Assembly: GCA_013239625.1 (NCBI GenBank)
Contig: MU053559.1
Span: 310,001 to 374,000, forward strand
Length of the DNA: 64,000 bases
Origin: Lama guanicoe
Taxonomy: Eukaryota
Direction: 5' to 3'
Shown: positions 50,457 to 64,000 of the stretch, piece after piece
How positions within the stretch are numbered: the first letter of the stretch is position 1
Layout: the number at the start of each line of letters is the position of its first letter
Made by a program: the position numbers and the translations under genes
The notes under the pieces: generated by a model
Told to the model about the DNA's origin: nothing
The model's database searches: none
What the model saw: only the letters and a program-made list of their open reading frames with translations

Positions 50457-51306
50457 CTGTAGAGCGTCAGTCTTTGATTTCCTTTCTCTGGCTGGGATTC
50501 TTTTGCAGGATGAGTGCAGAGGTTCCATGCTTCCTGGGGAGAGGTATTCCTCTTGTGTGAGATGTGAGGACAGGGATTCATGGACAAGCTCGAGTCATTT
50601 CTGGTGTTCTACTGGATCAAACAAATGTTCCTGGATGGAGTGAGGTTATGTGTTGTTCCTCTACTGAACCAAGCAGGGGTTACTATACAGGACGAAGCAG
50701 TTGTTTCTACGGAGCTCCAGACTAGGGATTCCCATCCAAGTTCAGGATGGGGCTCCTTAGACTGCATTATGACAGGTTCCTATATAGAGATCAGGTAGCC
50801 CAATTTGGGGTCGGCACAGGTGTTTCTGTACAGGTTCAGAGCTGTGCTCATATAGACATAAGATCAGCTGTTCATGTCCAGGTTCAGTCAAGAGATTGTT
50901 ACTAACTGGGCTAAATTATGCTAGGTGCTGTAAAAGCCAGAATCTCAGAGGCTTCACAAACACATGTTTATTTCTAACTCATGTGAAATCCAATATGAAT
51001 ATTACTGGTTATTCATGGACCCAGACAACTTCCATTTTGCACCTCTGCTCTCCTCTGAACGCTTGGAGTTCACACTATTCATCTGGTAGATGGGGAAAGA
51101 GTATCATGGAGAACTGTTTGAGAGACTTTTATGGGCCAGGCCTGGAAGTGTATGTTACTCTGCCCATACTCTATTGGTCAGAAGTCTGGCACATGTCCAT
51201 ATCTAACTGTAAGGGAGGTTGGAAAAGTAAATGAGCTCAGGAAGAAAGGGAACAGGATTGAAGAGCCTATAATTGTGCATGCTACAGGATTTTATAGACT
51301 GCAGAA

Positions 51307-51834
51307 CTATGCTGTCCAGTGCAGTAGCCACTAGCCACACGGGGCTACTGGGCTCTTGAAATGTAGCCAGTCCAACTTGAGATGTAAGTGTAGAATTCAC
51401 ACTGGATTTCAAAAAAATTGGTATGAAAAAATATCTCCATAACTTTCATATTGATTATGTATTGAAATGAAATATAGTTGACCCTTGAACAAAACGGGTT
51501 TGAGCTGAGTCCACTTACGTGCAGTTTATTTTTTCAATAAATACTACAGTACTGCACTGTGAGGTTGGTTGACTCCATGGATGTTAAACTGCAGATATGG
51601 AGGAACCAAGAATACAGAAGGCTGACTGTAAATTATACATGGGTTTTCAACTGCACGTGGGTGTCAGTGCCCCTAACCCCTGCATTATTTAAGGGTCAAC
51701 TATTTAAATATATTGGGTAAAGTAAAGTGTATTATCAAAATTAATTTTACCTATTTTTCCTCTTTTCAATGCAGCTACATGAAAAATTTAAATTACACAT
51801 GTGGGTCGAATTGTATTTCTATTGGATAGCACTG
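51307..51834. mobile_element. MER3-like hAT element with a nested Tigger2-like element (51475-51702)
   Basis: Outer ends gctgtcca / ttggatagc; inner TIRs tagttgacccttgaa / tttaagggtcaacta. Confidence 0.65.
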
Positions 51835-51870
51835 CTGTAAGAGAATTCCCTTTAAAAGTATTGGGACAAG

Positions 51871-51990
51871 GGGGAAGGGGATAGCTCAAGTGGTAGAGTG
51901 CATGCTCAGCAACCAAGAGGTCAGGGGTTCAATCCCCAGTACCACATCTAAGTGGAAATCAATGAAGAAACCTAATTACCTCCCCCTCAT
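51871..51990 (+). mobile_element. vic-1-like SINE
   Basis: TSD aaagtattgggacaag at 51855-51870 and 51991-52006. Confidence 0.85.
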
Positions 51991-51999
51991 AAAGTATTG

Positions 52000-53830
52000 G
52001 GACAAGAGTTCTCGTGTAGGTGTAAGTAGGGCTTTCTCTTTAGGGCCAAGTTATTGTTTCTTGTCCGAGGTCAGGAGAATGATTCTATTTCCTGGTAAGG
52101 CAGGTTTGTAGAAAAATATGAGGAGTGGAGACATTGTACAGTGAGAGGGAAGAATGTGAAGGCATTTTTTTGTTGTTGCTGTGCAGATGAAGATTAGCTG
52201 CTCCTTTAGAGGCCAGGAGGGTGGTTTTCTGTAGAGGGTCAGGCCAGCGGATCACAGCATACTCAGGCCAAGTATTTCTATATGAGATCAGAGTTAGGCT
52301 CCTGGGGACAGACAAATCAGGTGACCCTGTTGGGGTTAGACTAGGGGTTCTTGTACAGGCGGGACAGGTGATCATGGTGATTCAGATTGTAGATTGTTTA
52401 CCAAGGTCAGAGCAGAGGTTCCTATACAGTACAGGTGATTTTTATACTGGTTTGTTTCTTGGATGTCTCTCAAGAGCCAAAGGTTCCCGTTGAGTGTGAG
52501 GGTGGGATTTTCTGTACCAGCTCAGGACCCAAGTTCCTGCTGGCACTCAGAAGGAGGGGGGTCCTGTGCAGTGTCAGGACAAAGATCCCGTGCAGAGGTC
52601 GGACACTGTTACCTCCAGAGATTCAGGTTAGTATTTCTTCTATTGGGTCAGAACAGGGCTACTATACAGGGCGAGGGTGGGGCTTCCGGGCCAAAGCCAG
52701 AGCAGGGGCTGTGGTAGAGAGTCATATCAGGGCTTCCTGTGCAGGGTCAGGAGAGTGTTTCCAGAGGGGAAGGTTAGGAGTTCCTATAAAGGATCAGGTC
52801 GGAGATTCATATGAATGAGTCAGGTTAGGATTTCTGTTGAAAGTAAGGAAAAGGTTTTCTGCAGAGTCTGGTCAGAAGTTCCAATACAGCTGTAGGCAAG
52901 GCTTCCTGTAGAGGGTCAGGGCCATGGAGCTAGGGTAGGGTGAGGACAGAAATCCCTGTACAGTGTCTGGGAAGGGGGTCCTGTGCCAGGTGAGGCCATA
53001 GATGCCTGTATAGGATGAGATATGGACTTAAGTAAGGACCAGGACAGGCGTCTCTGACACAGCATCAGGAAAGGGCTTTCTGTGTAAGTTCAAGTTCATG
53101 TTGAGAGTTAGATCATGGGTTCCTGTGGACTCTTCGGGGTGGGTTGTGAGATCAGGATTATTGTGCAGAGTGATGTCGGGAGTTGTCATCTGTGGGGGGG
53201 CAAAGGGTTCTATACTTAGGGTTCCTGAAGAGGTTGAGGAAGAGGATTTCTACAGAGAGCCAGGCCGGTGGTTCAGAACCAGATTTTATTGTGAGTTAAA
53301 TATTTAAAAAATGCTACCTGGAGGGCAGGGCTCCAGTACAGTGTGAGGACAGAGGTGTCCTGTCCAAGGTCAAGACAGGATTCCTATAAAGAGACTGAGG
53401 CTTTGGACAAGGATCAGGACAGGCAATATCTTGGGGGCAGTGCAGGGGCGTCCTTACAGTGGGAGTCCAGGGATTCCTATCAGGAGTAAGGCAGAGGTTC
53501 CTCCTGGGCAAGGGGAGGGCTGGTGACCCTGTCCAGGCTCAGGATGGGTTTCTTATTGATAATTAGGGAAAGGGCTCCCTCAGGTTCCAGAACTAGTTTC
53601 CTGTACCAGGCTAGGGCAGCTGTTCTAGGGGGTGAGGCCTGGCGTTCCTGAACAAGGTGGGATCAGGCACATTTCCACACAGGTTCTGAGAGGGGTTTCT
53701 GTTCCAGACGAGGACAGGGGCTCCTACAGGGTGAGAGGGCTTGGCTTCTGGGGTGGGGGCAGCTAGGCAGGAGGCTTTTACAGGGCCAGAGCTGTTCTGG
53801 ACCATCCCTGTGATGAGGGTAGACTGCTGT
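52000..53830. repeat. Degenerate ~24-25 bp tandem repeat array
   Basis: Recurring ggttcctgtacagggtcaggacag-like unit, with unit starts near 52563, 52587, 52612, 52637 and 52661. Confidence 0.6.
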
Positions 53831-55409
53831 GTTTCTTGAGTGGGCTAGTGTGATGACTTGCTGAAGGGGTGCTGTTCTATTGAGGACAGCTGCTCACCCC
53901 TGCTGTGTTCAGGGTGTGCGGGCCCCCAATCCCATGTCTGGGGCTCCAGGGAAGAAACTGTAAAGAGAAGGAGCCCAATTAAGTGTGAGCAGGACTCTTT
54001 GGCGGTAGTGGGGGGTTGCCCGTCTAAAATCCACTCCTTACACTTAGTGTGCTCAGGGCAAATTATTCAGCACTTCTGAGCCTTGGGTTTTCATTAGTAA
54101 AATGAGGATGAGTATACTTTCCTCAGTGTCTTTTTTTTTCCCAGATATTCACGAACTCAAGCAACTGAAGCCCCTCAGCCATTGCTGACCCATAGTGGGC
54201 ACGCAGTGAAAAGTGCTGCTTGCTGTTAGGAGTCACTGGGTAGCTCGGAGCCTAAGCCATGGAGCCTGTCTAGCCCCGGGCCACCAGCTGTGTCACCTCA
54301 GGAGACCTACTTATCCTGTCTGGCTTAGGACGTCCCCCAACTCAGCGCACACACACTCCCCTGAAAGGCTTTGTTAAATGGAGGAACAGATGCCACTTTT
54401 GGGGGAACACTTTACACAGGTGAGTAGGTGTCTTAGGGAGGGAGACGGCACATTGAGGGGCTTCCTGACCTGTGAAGTCTATCACCCCCAGAGGTTATTT
54501 TGTCCTCTTAGTCTCCTATTCTCATTCTCTACTATTCCCCATAGGGCTGCAGGCCGAGCTGGGCCGAGAGAGATAAGAGATGAGTGACAGAAAGGTCCAT
54601 GGACAACCTCATGGTCCCACACTGGCCTTCTGACCTTCTTGATGGCCACCATTCCCGCCCCACCCCTTTCTCCCCTTCCTGTCCTGAACATGTCTTTTGT
54701 CCCTTGGGAGAGCATCCCCAGCTTACACAAACTGAAACTGTACACGTTGATGCTTGCATAAGTAAGTGTACACAGGGCTGCTCACATCGTCAGTGACTCG
54801 GAGATACTGACATGGCACACACCACATGATAAATTCACACACATACAGACTTGCCCAGAGGTATTGTTACCATCCCCTTGAAGACGTCATGACGCGTAGC
54901 CGCTCAGGGTCCCACTGTTACGCCTCACTCACCGTCATACACACATCTTGTTCAGCGTTCCAGAAATGTTTACAGATCAGCTTCTGTGCTGTGGTGCTGT
55001 CTCAAAGATCACCCCGAGTGGTGCACAATCACACGGACCCAACCCCACACGTCTCCTTGGCACACGCTGTCACCTGCACATTCCCACCTCCGCTCACACA
55101 GTCACGCACACCGTCTCATACAGCCTCATCCCCACCACCCGTCACACACCGTCTCTCCCCGTGACATGGGGACACACGTGCTGTCTCATGCAACCTGGAT
55201 GCTGTCACATGCAATTTCACATATACTGTCCCAATCATCACGCATAGTAACTAGCACACAACCATGAATCATTCCATGTGCCATCTCAAGTGGTCACACA
55301 TTGCAGCCACACACTGTCATCGAAGAATCACAGACACTAATACGCCCCCGCCCCCATCTTTATTCAGTCCCACACAGACTCACACCTCCAATTTTAGGAC
55401 TTTGGTGGT

Positions 55410-55415
55410 TTTATT
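55410..55415 (-). terminator. GATA1: GATA1 polyadenylation signal AATAAA
   Basis: Minus strand reads tgtaaAATAAAaccaccaaag; a second AATAAA lies at 55359-55364 and GT-rich sequence follows. Confidence 0.8.
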
Positions 55416-55543
55416 TTACAAAAGCCTTGAAGATCCAGGCCAGGGGTTGTCTGGGGCCCAGAGGGTTGGGTTGGGTTTTACAGACTGCTGGCTACAAGAG
55501 GAAGAGGGACACCAGCCCTGCCCCAAGGCCACGCTCTGTGCCC

Positions 55544-59100
<3,557 letters not shown>

Positions 59101-62056
59101 TCTTGAAGAGTCTAGGTGGGGTGGGCTGGGGTGCAGAAGCAAAGGCCCTTGAACTCCTTGGTCACCTCCCAGACCTTGGGGTTCACCCTCCTGTGCTCCC
59201 CAACTTCATCCCTATCTGTTGCATCTTGCCTTCTGACTTTCTCAGAAACCCCATGGTTTCCGGCTTGACTCTCCCCTCCCCCACCTCCGTTGGGTCTGCA
59301 GACAGAGGGCCCCCTCAGTTCCTCCCTGCTCCATGGGGGGGTCAGTACCCCCCTGCTTATCTCTGCCATCCCCGCCCAACTTTTGAAATCACCCCAAGGC
59401 CACTGGCTTCCTCTGAGGAGGGGGACAGGTGGGAGGTGTTCCCTCTACCCATACCCTGTCCACTGGGGCTGTCTGCCATAGTTCTGCTTTCAATTTCCTT
59501 TAGTCCCCACCATCCTCAGGCCTCAGTTTCCCCATCTGCCAGATAAGAGGCAGCGAAAGGGGTCGAGCTAAGACCTATGAGATAGTAGCTGGGTCTCTCT
59601 GCCCCTTTTGCTTCTGTCCTTCCCTGTACGTATCTCTGCCTCCCTGTGTGTATCTCTGCCTCCCTGTGTCTCTTTCTCCCTGACGCTGTTTCTTCTCAAG
59701 TCTCACTTTCTGCATTTCCCGCCCATGTTTCTATGCACCATGATATATCTTGCTTCTTTCTCTGTGCTTTTATAAGCACCTAATGTTTTTTCCTCTCTCT
59801 TTTTCTGTTGTCCCATGTCTCTATCTGCCTGATTGTCTCTCTCCATCTTTTTATCTCTTTTTGTTTGTCTCTGTGTCTCTTTCTGTTTCTCTTCTCTCTC
59901 TCTCTCCACTGATCTCTCTCTGAACGTCTGTACATCTCTCCTCCCTCTGTCTCTTTCTGCTTGTTTGTCTCTTCCCTCCTCTCTCTCTGGGCTCTCTGGC
60001 CTTACTTCCATGTCTGTCTGACTATCCCCATATCCCTGACCATATCCTTCCATGTACAGCCCAGGATGAGGAGTCAAGAACCCTTCCCCTGCCCCTGACT
60101 TGCCCTGTTAATCTGAAAACCTCAGTCTGTCTGTTGGGTGAAGTGACAGAGACAGAGGAGAGGACCATTTTGCCTGCCTATGTGTCCCATTGTGTAGACA
60201 AGCTGAGAGTGGGGCCTGGGGTTAGGGGTTGTGCAGGGAAGAGATGGGCCTGTCAGCGTGCCTGCCACCAACCTCCTCGAGGCCGAGAGACAGTCCCTGC
60301 TGTCTCTCCCTGGTGAGAGTGTCTTGCCTCCTCTTCTCAGACTCCATCTCTTTTCCTCTCTGTTTCACCATGATTTTCTCTATCTGTGAGTTTCTTTCTC
60401 TGCGTTCCTGTCTCACTCTCCTCTTCTGTTCCTGGGTCACCCCTCTTTCCTGCTGGCTCTTTAGCTCTCTTACTCTTTCTCTGTTTGTCCTCTCTCTCAC
60501 ATCTCTGTCTTTTGCTCTTTTTCTCTCCATCTCTTTCTTTGTTTTCCCCTCACCTATCTCCCTGTTTGTCTCTTGCTCTTTTTGTCTCTGTCACCACTGT
60601 TCCTTTATCCCCTCATCCTCACCTCGCCACCCCCACCATCTCCCTCCAGTGCCATTGCCCCCCTCGTCCCTGCACACTGGACAGAAAAAAAGTTTATCTC
60701 AAGGCTGGGGGATATGAAAGCTCCTTATCAGCTGCCCCACTAGAGTAAGTGCTGCCCCAACGGGCGGCAGGCAGCAGGCCGGCACCCTCAACTCTCCCTC
60801 GGCCCAGCCCCTCACCCCAGGTAACGTCCCTACCCCAGCCCCCAAGGGAGGGTCCCTTGGGACTGAGGGGAGCAGAGGTTGGATCTGGGGGCAGATGAGT
60901 CTTGGGAGAGTTTGAGGTGGAGTTTGAGGGTCAGATATGAGTTTGAGGAGTCAGAGGTTTGGGGAATAGCTATGGAGTTGGAGGAAGCAGATTTGAGAAA
61001 GCCTTGAAAGGTCACATTTTTGGATCAGAAATAGGTTGGGAAAGCAGAGACAGGGTTGGGGATCAGAGGCCAAGTTTGAAAGCAAGAAAGTTGAGAAGTT
61101 GGAGATACAGTTCAGGGGTAAGAGATGGATTCTGAAGATCATGGAAAAGTCTGAAGGTCCAAGGATTTTGCTGGACCAAGAGGGAGTTTGGACAGGCAGA
61201 AACATGTCTGATGATTAGAGATGGGTTATGGGAGCACAGGAGAAGTTTGAGAACTGAGATAGAATTAGGGTAGAGAAAGATTGCAGGGCAGAAAGGAGAT
61301 CTGGAGGGGCAGAGAAATATTTTGGGGCTGAGATAGGGTTTAGGGAAAGCAGACATGAGGATTTATTTAACAGGACAGATTTGGATGGGTAGACCTGGTG
61401 TTTGGAGTGACAAAGACATTTCAATGCACAGACAAAGGGTTAGGGGAGAGAAATGGTTTTGAGAGGTCAGAGAAGTCACAGGGAACAAATACGGGGTTTG
61501 AGAGGCAGAGATGGGGGTAAGAGCATGTGTGGAGGTAGTGTTTGGCAGGCCAGAAGCAGTCTTGGGAGGTCCTAGAGAGAACCTTGGGCCAAGACAAGGA
61601 TGTTGTGGAGTAGACAAGGGCTTGGGAAGCAAAAATAGGTGTGGGGGATCAAAAGTAAGCTTTAGGGGAGAATTCAGAGACAGAGACTAGTTTGGGTGAG
61701 TAAAAATCAGATTTGGGGCAGAGGTAGGATTTAGGGGGATGAAGGCATGTTTTAGGAGCAGGGATAGGGTCTGGTGAGTAGAATAAAGGGATCAGAGAGA
61801 CATAGCTATCTTGGAAGGAGTGGATGGGAGTTGGGGCAGGGAGAGGTGGGGTTTGGAGAGTATTTTGGGGTAGAGATTGGGGTTGGAAAGACAGAGGTGG
61901 TCTGGAGGAGCTGTCAGGGGATTCAGGGGTGGTAGACATTTTGGAGACCAGTGGTGGGTTGGAGAGCCTAGAGCAGGCTGGGGTAGTAGCCTTGAAGTAA
62001 GGGGCAGCAGGCCCGGGGTTTGCCTTGCCGGGGGCTCTTGAGGGGCTGAGACTAAC

Positions 62057-62128
62057 CTGGGCTGGTTGGTGCGGAGGGTTCAGCTGCTTTGGGGATGTGG
62101 CGAGCTCAGTGTGATCCCAGGGGGTGTC
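62057..62128 (-). other. GATA1: GATA1 non-coding erythroid first exon (IE)
   Basis: Minus strand GACACCCCCTGGGATCACACTGAGCT...CCAGCCCAG|GTTAGT resembles human GATA1 exon 1 as I recall it. It would splice to the acceptor at 58333. The TSS position is approximate. Confidence 0.85.
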
Positions 62129-62254
62129 CTGGCTGGCCTTGGCCTTTGAGGCTCCCTTCCTCCTTCCCTCCCTCCCTCCCTCCCCTCTCCCTCCTCCCTC
62201 CTAGGGGCGGGCCCCCTGCTGATGGGGCACCTCTTGGGCAGTGGGGGCCCTCCT

Positions 62255-62276
62255 CCACCCCACCTGCCCACCCCGT
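62255..62276. promoter_or_regulatory. GATA1: Double CACCC box of the GATA1 proximal promoter
   Basis: ccaccccacctgcccacccc about 130-150 bp upstream of exon 1. Confidence 0.7.
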
Positions 62277-62696
62277 GGATTCTTGGACCCTGTTTAACTT
62301 GAACTTCTGTGGACTTCAGTGTCCAGCCAAACAAAATGGGCTGAAACCAAGATAAAATGAAAATAGCAGATACGGTTTCATGACTCTGCTGGGCTTTTCA
62401 GTGAGTGTTTGTAAAGCTCCTACTGTGTGCTTAGCCAGGTATGAGTTAGGCCCTTATGTATGTGTCTTCCTGGCCACAGGGAGAGGAGGGATGTGACCGC
62501 ACCCATTTTGCAGGTGAGAAGAATGAGGCTCAGAGAGGTTTGGTGGAAATTTGAACTAAGATGTCCATGGGACATCTTCAGGACCCTGGCCCACCCCAGG
62601 GGCCAGGCCAGGATTGGCGGGAGGCTGGGGCACATTCACTCAGTGCCCCGCTGGGGCTTACGCCAGCTCCGGCCTGCCCTGGGGCAGCAGAAATGT

Positions 62697-62707
62697 CTTA
62701 TCAGATG
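62697..62707 (-). promoter_or_regulatory. GATA1: Palindromic double-GATA element of the GATA1 promoter
   Basis: Minus strand CATCTGATAAG, the known autoregulatory palindromic GATA site, about 570 bp upstream of exon 1. Confidence 0.85.
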
Positions 62708-64000
62708 GAGGCCACTGTGGCTGTTGGCTCCGCGGTAACAGGCTGTCTTGGGGTGGGGGGCGGGGCTCGGGGGGGCACCCAGAGACAGCGGCCTCAACTT
62801 CTTGCCTGCCATGCGGCTTTGGAGGCGGGAAACAGGTGGGACCTAGGGTTGGTTCCTCTGCGGCTCCTTGTGGAGTAGGATAGGGTGGGGGAAGGGAAAG
62901 AGAATTGAAGGGAGAGAGGAGAGAGGCAGAGAGAGACAGAGAGATGGGATAAATAGACATAGAGCTGGAAGAAGGCAGAAAGAGGGCACAGGAAGAAAGG
63001 AGAGACAGGGTGGGGGAGTGGGGAGAGACACACAGAGAGAGCCAGAGACAGTTCAGGACAGTTAGAAAGAGGCAGAGAGAGAACGGGAGACAGGTAGAGT
63101 TGGACAGAAGACGAAAGATAAAGATTGGAAATGATAGAGGCCAAGGATGCAGGACGCAGGCGGAGAAACTGAGAAGGGAGACAAAGATGACGTTGTAGAG
63201 CGGGGGACAGTGACAGAGATTCAGAGACAGAGAGTCTTGAGAGGACGTCCATGAGACCCCAGGTGGCAGCTGGGCAGGACATCCAAGAGACCCTGGGCAG
63301 GTGGTACCAGGGTGGGGGGAAGGGAGAGGGTATGGATTGATGTGGACCCATGTGGCCTGTGGCTCTGCCTTCAGCCTGATGAGAGGGACCTCCAGAGAGT
63401 CACTGGGCCCCCGCACCTCAGTCCCCACCTTCTTGCCCTGTCCTACCTCCCTCTCCGAAATAACAACAACAACCAGTGTCTCATGCTGACACAGACCTGT
63501 GCCTGGCCTTTTCAGAGCACTTTCTTCATGTAAAATCATTGAACACACATGTATACAGTAGGTGTTCAACTTGGGTCCCTGTAGGACAGTAGGTAAGACA
63601 GCCCAATCATGGCCCCAGGACTCCATGGGATAGGGTGCTCTGCTGACCACCCATTCTATAGATGAGGAGACTGAGACCCACTGACGGCAGAGGGCGAGGA
63701 TTGAGGCCTGGATCAGTGGGATCTGCTCACTCACTGGCCCACCCCAGAGGGAGTTTACCATCCTCATCTTACCTCTCTGGGCCTCAATGTCCTCATATGC
63801 AAAATGGGAGATTTGAGAAGGGAAGAGAACAAGGCCATTTATTGAGCCCCTGCTGTATGTCCCACTCTGTGCCAAGCCCTCATCAGTAAGAAGGACAAAG
63901 ACTCCTATGACTCAAGTGGCGATGGTCTCAGGGCATCCTCTCTGGAGCCAGCACCCCCTCATTTATAGACCGCCCTCACCACTGACTGGCATGTGGCCTT

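Noticed and set aside
52000..53830. CRISPR-like repeat-spacer array
   Set aside because: Eukaryotic context, abutting degenerate units with no unique spacers, and no cas genes.
62658..63875. 405-aa ORF upstream of GATA1
   Set aside because: No recognisable domain; it runs through CT-rich low-complexity and MIR/L2-like sequence.

Overview
Mammalian genomic DNA carrying the conserved X-linked block PCSK1N(+), ERAS(-), HDAC6(-), GATA1(-), reversed relative to the human reference. The many tRNA-Ala-derived vic-1-like SINEs suggest a camelid (inference). All four genes were reconstructed by eye with GT-AG junctions and open frames: proSAAS 259 aa, ERas 233 aa, HDAC6 1125 aa, GATA1 414 aa. The first ~18.5 kb is repeat-dense (L1, L2, ERV/LTR, SINE). 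It holds a processed SYT5 pseudogene split by a second, unidentified 3'UTR-like retrocopy, which itself contains a SINE. I see no evidence of a new multi-gene system. The best leads are this nested retrocopy, a BigLEN peptide ending LLP rather than LLPP, sense-oriented intronic polyA signals in ERAS, and an old ~24-25 bp degenerate tandem array between GATA1 and HDAC6. Gene and repeat names are from recall, not database searches, and repeat boundaries are approximate.
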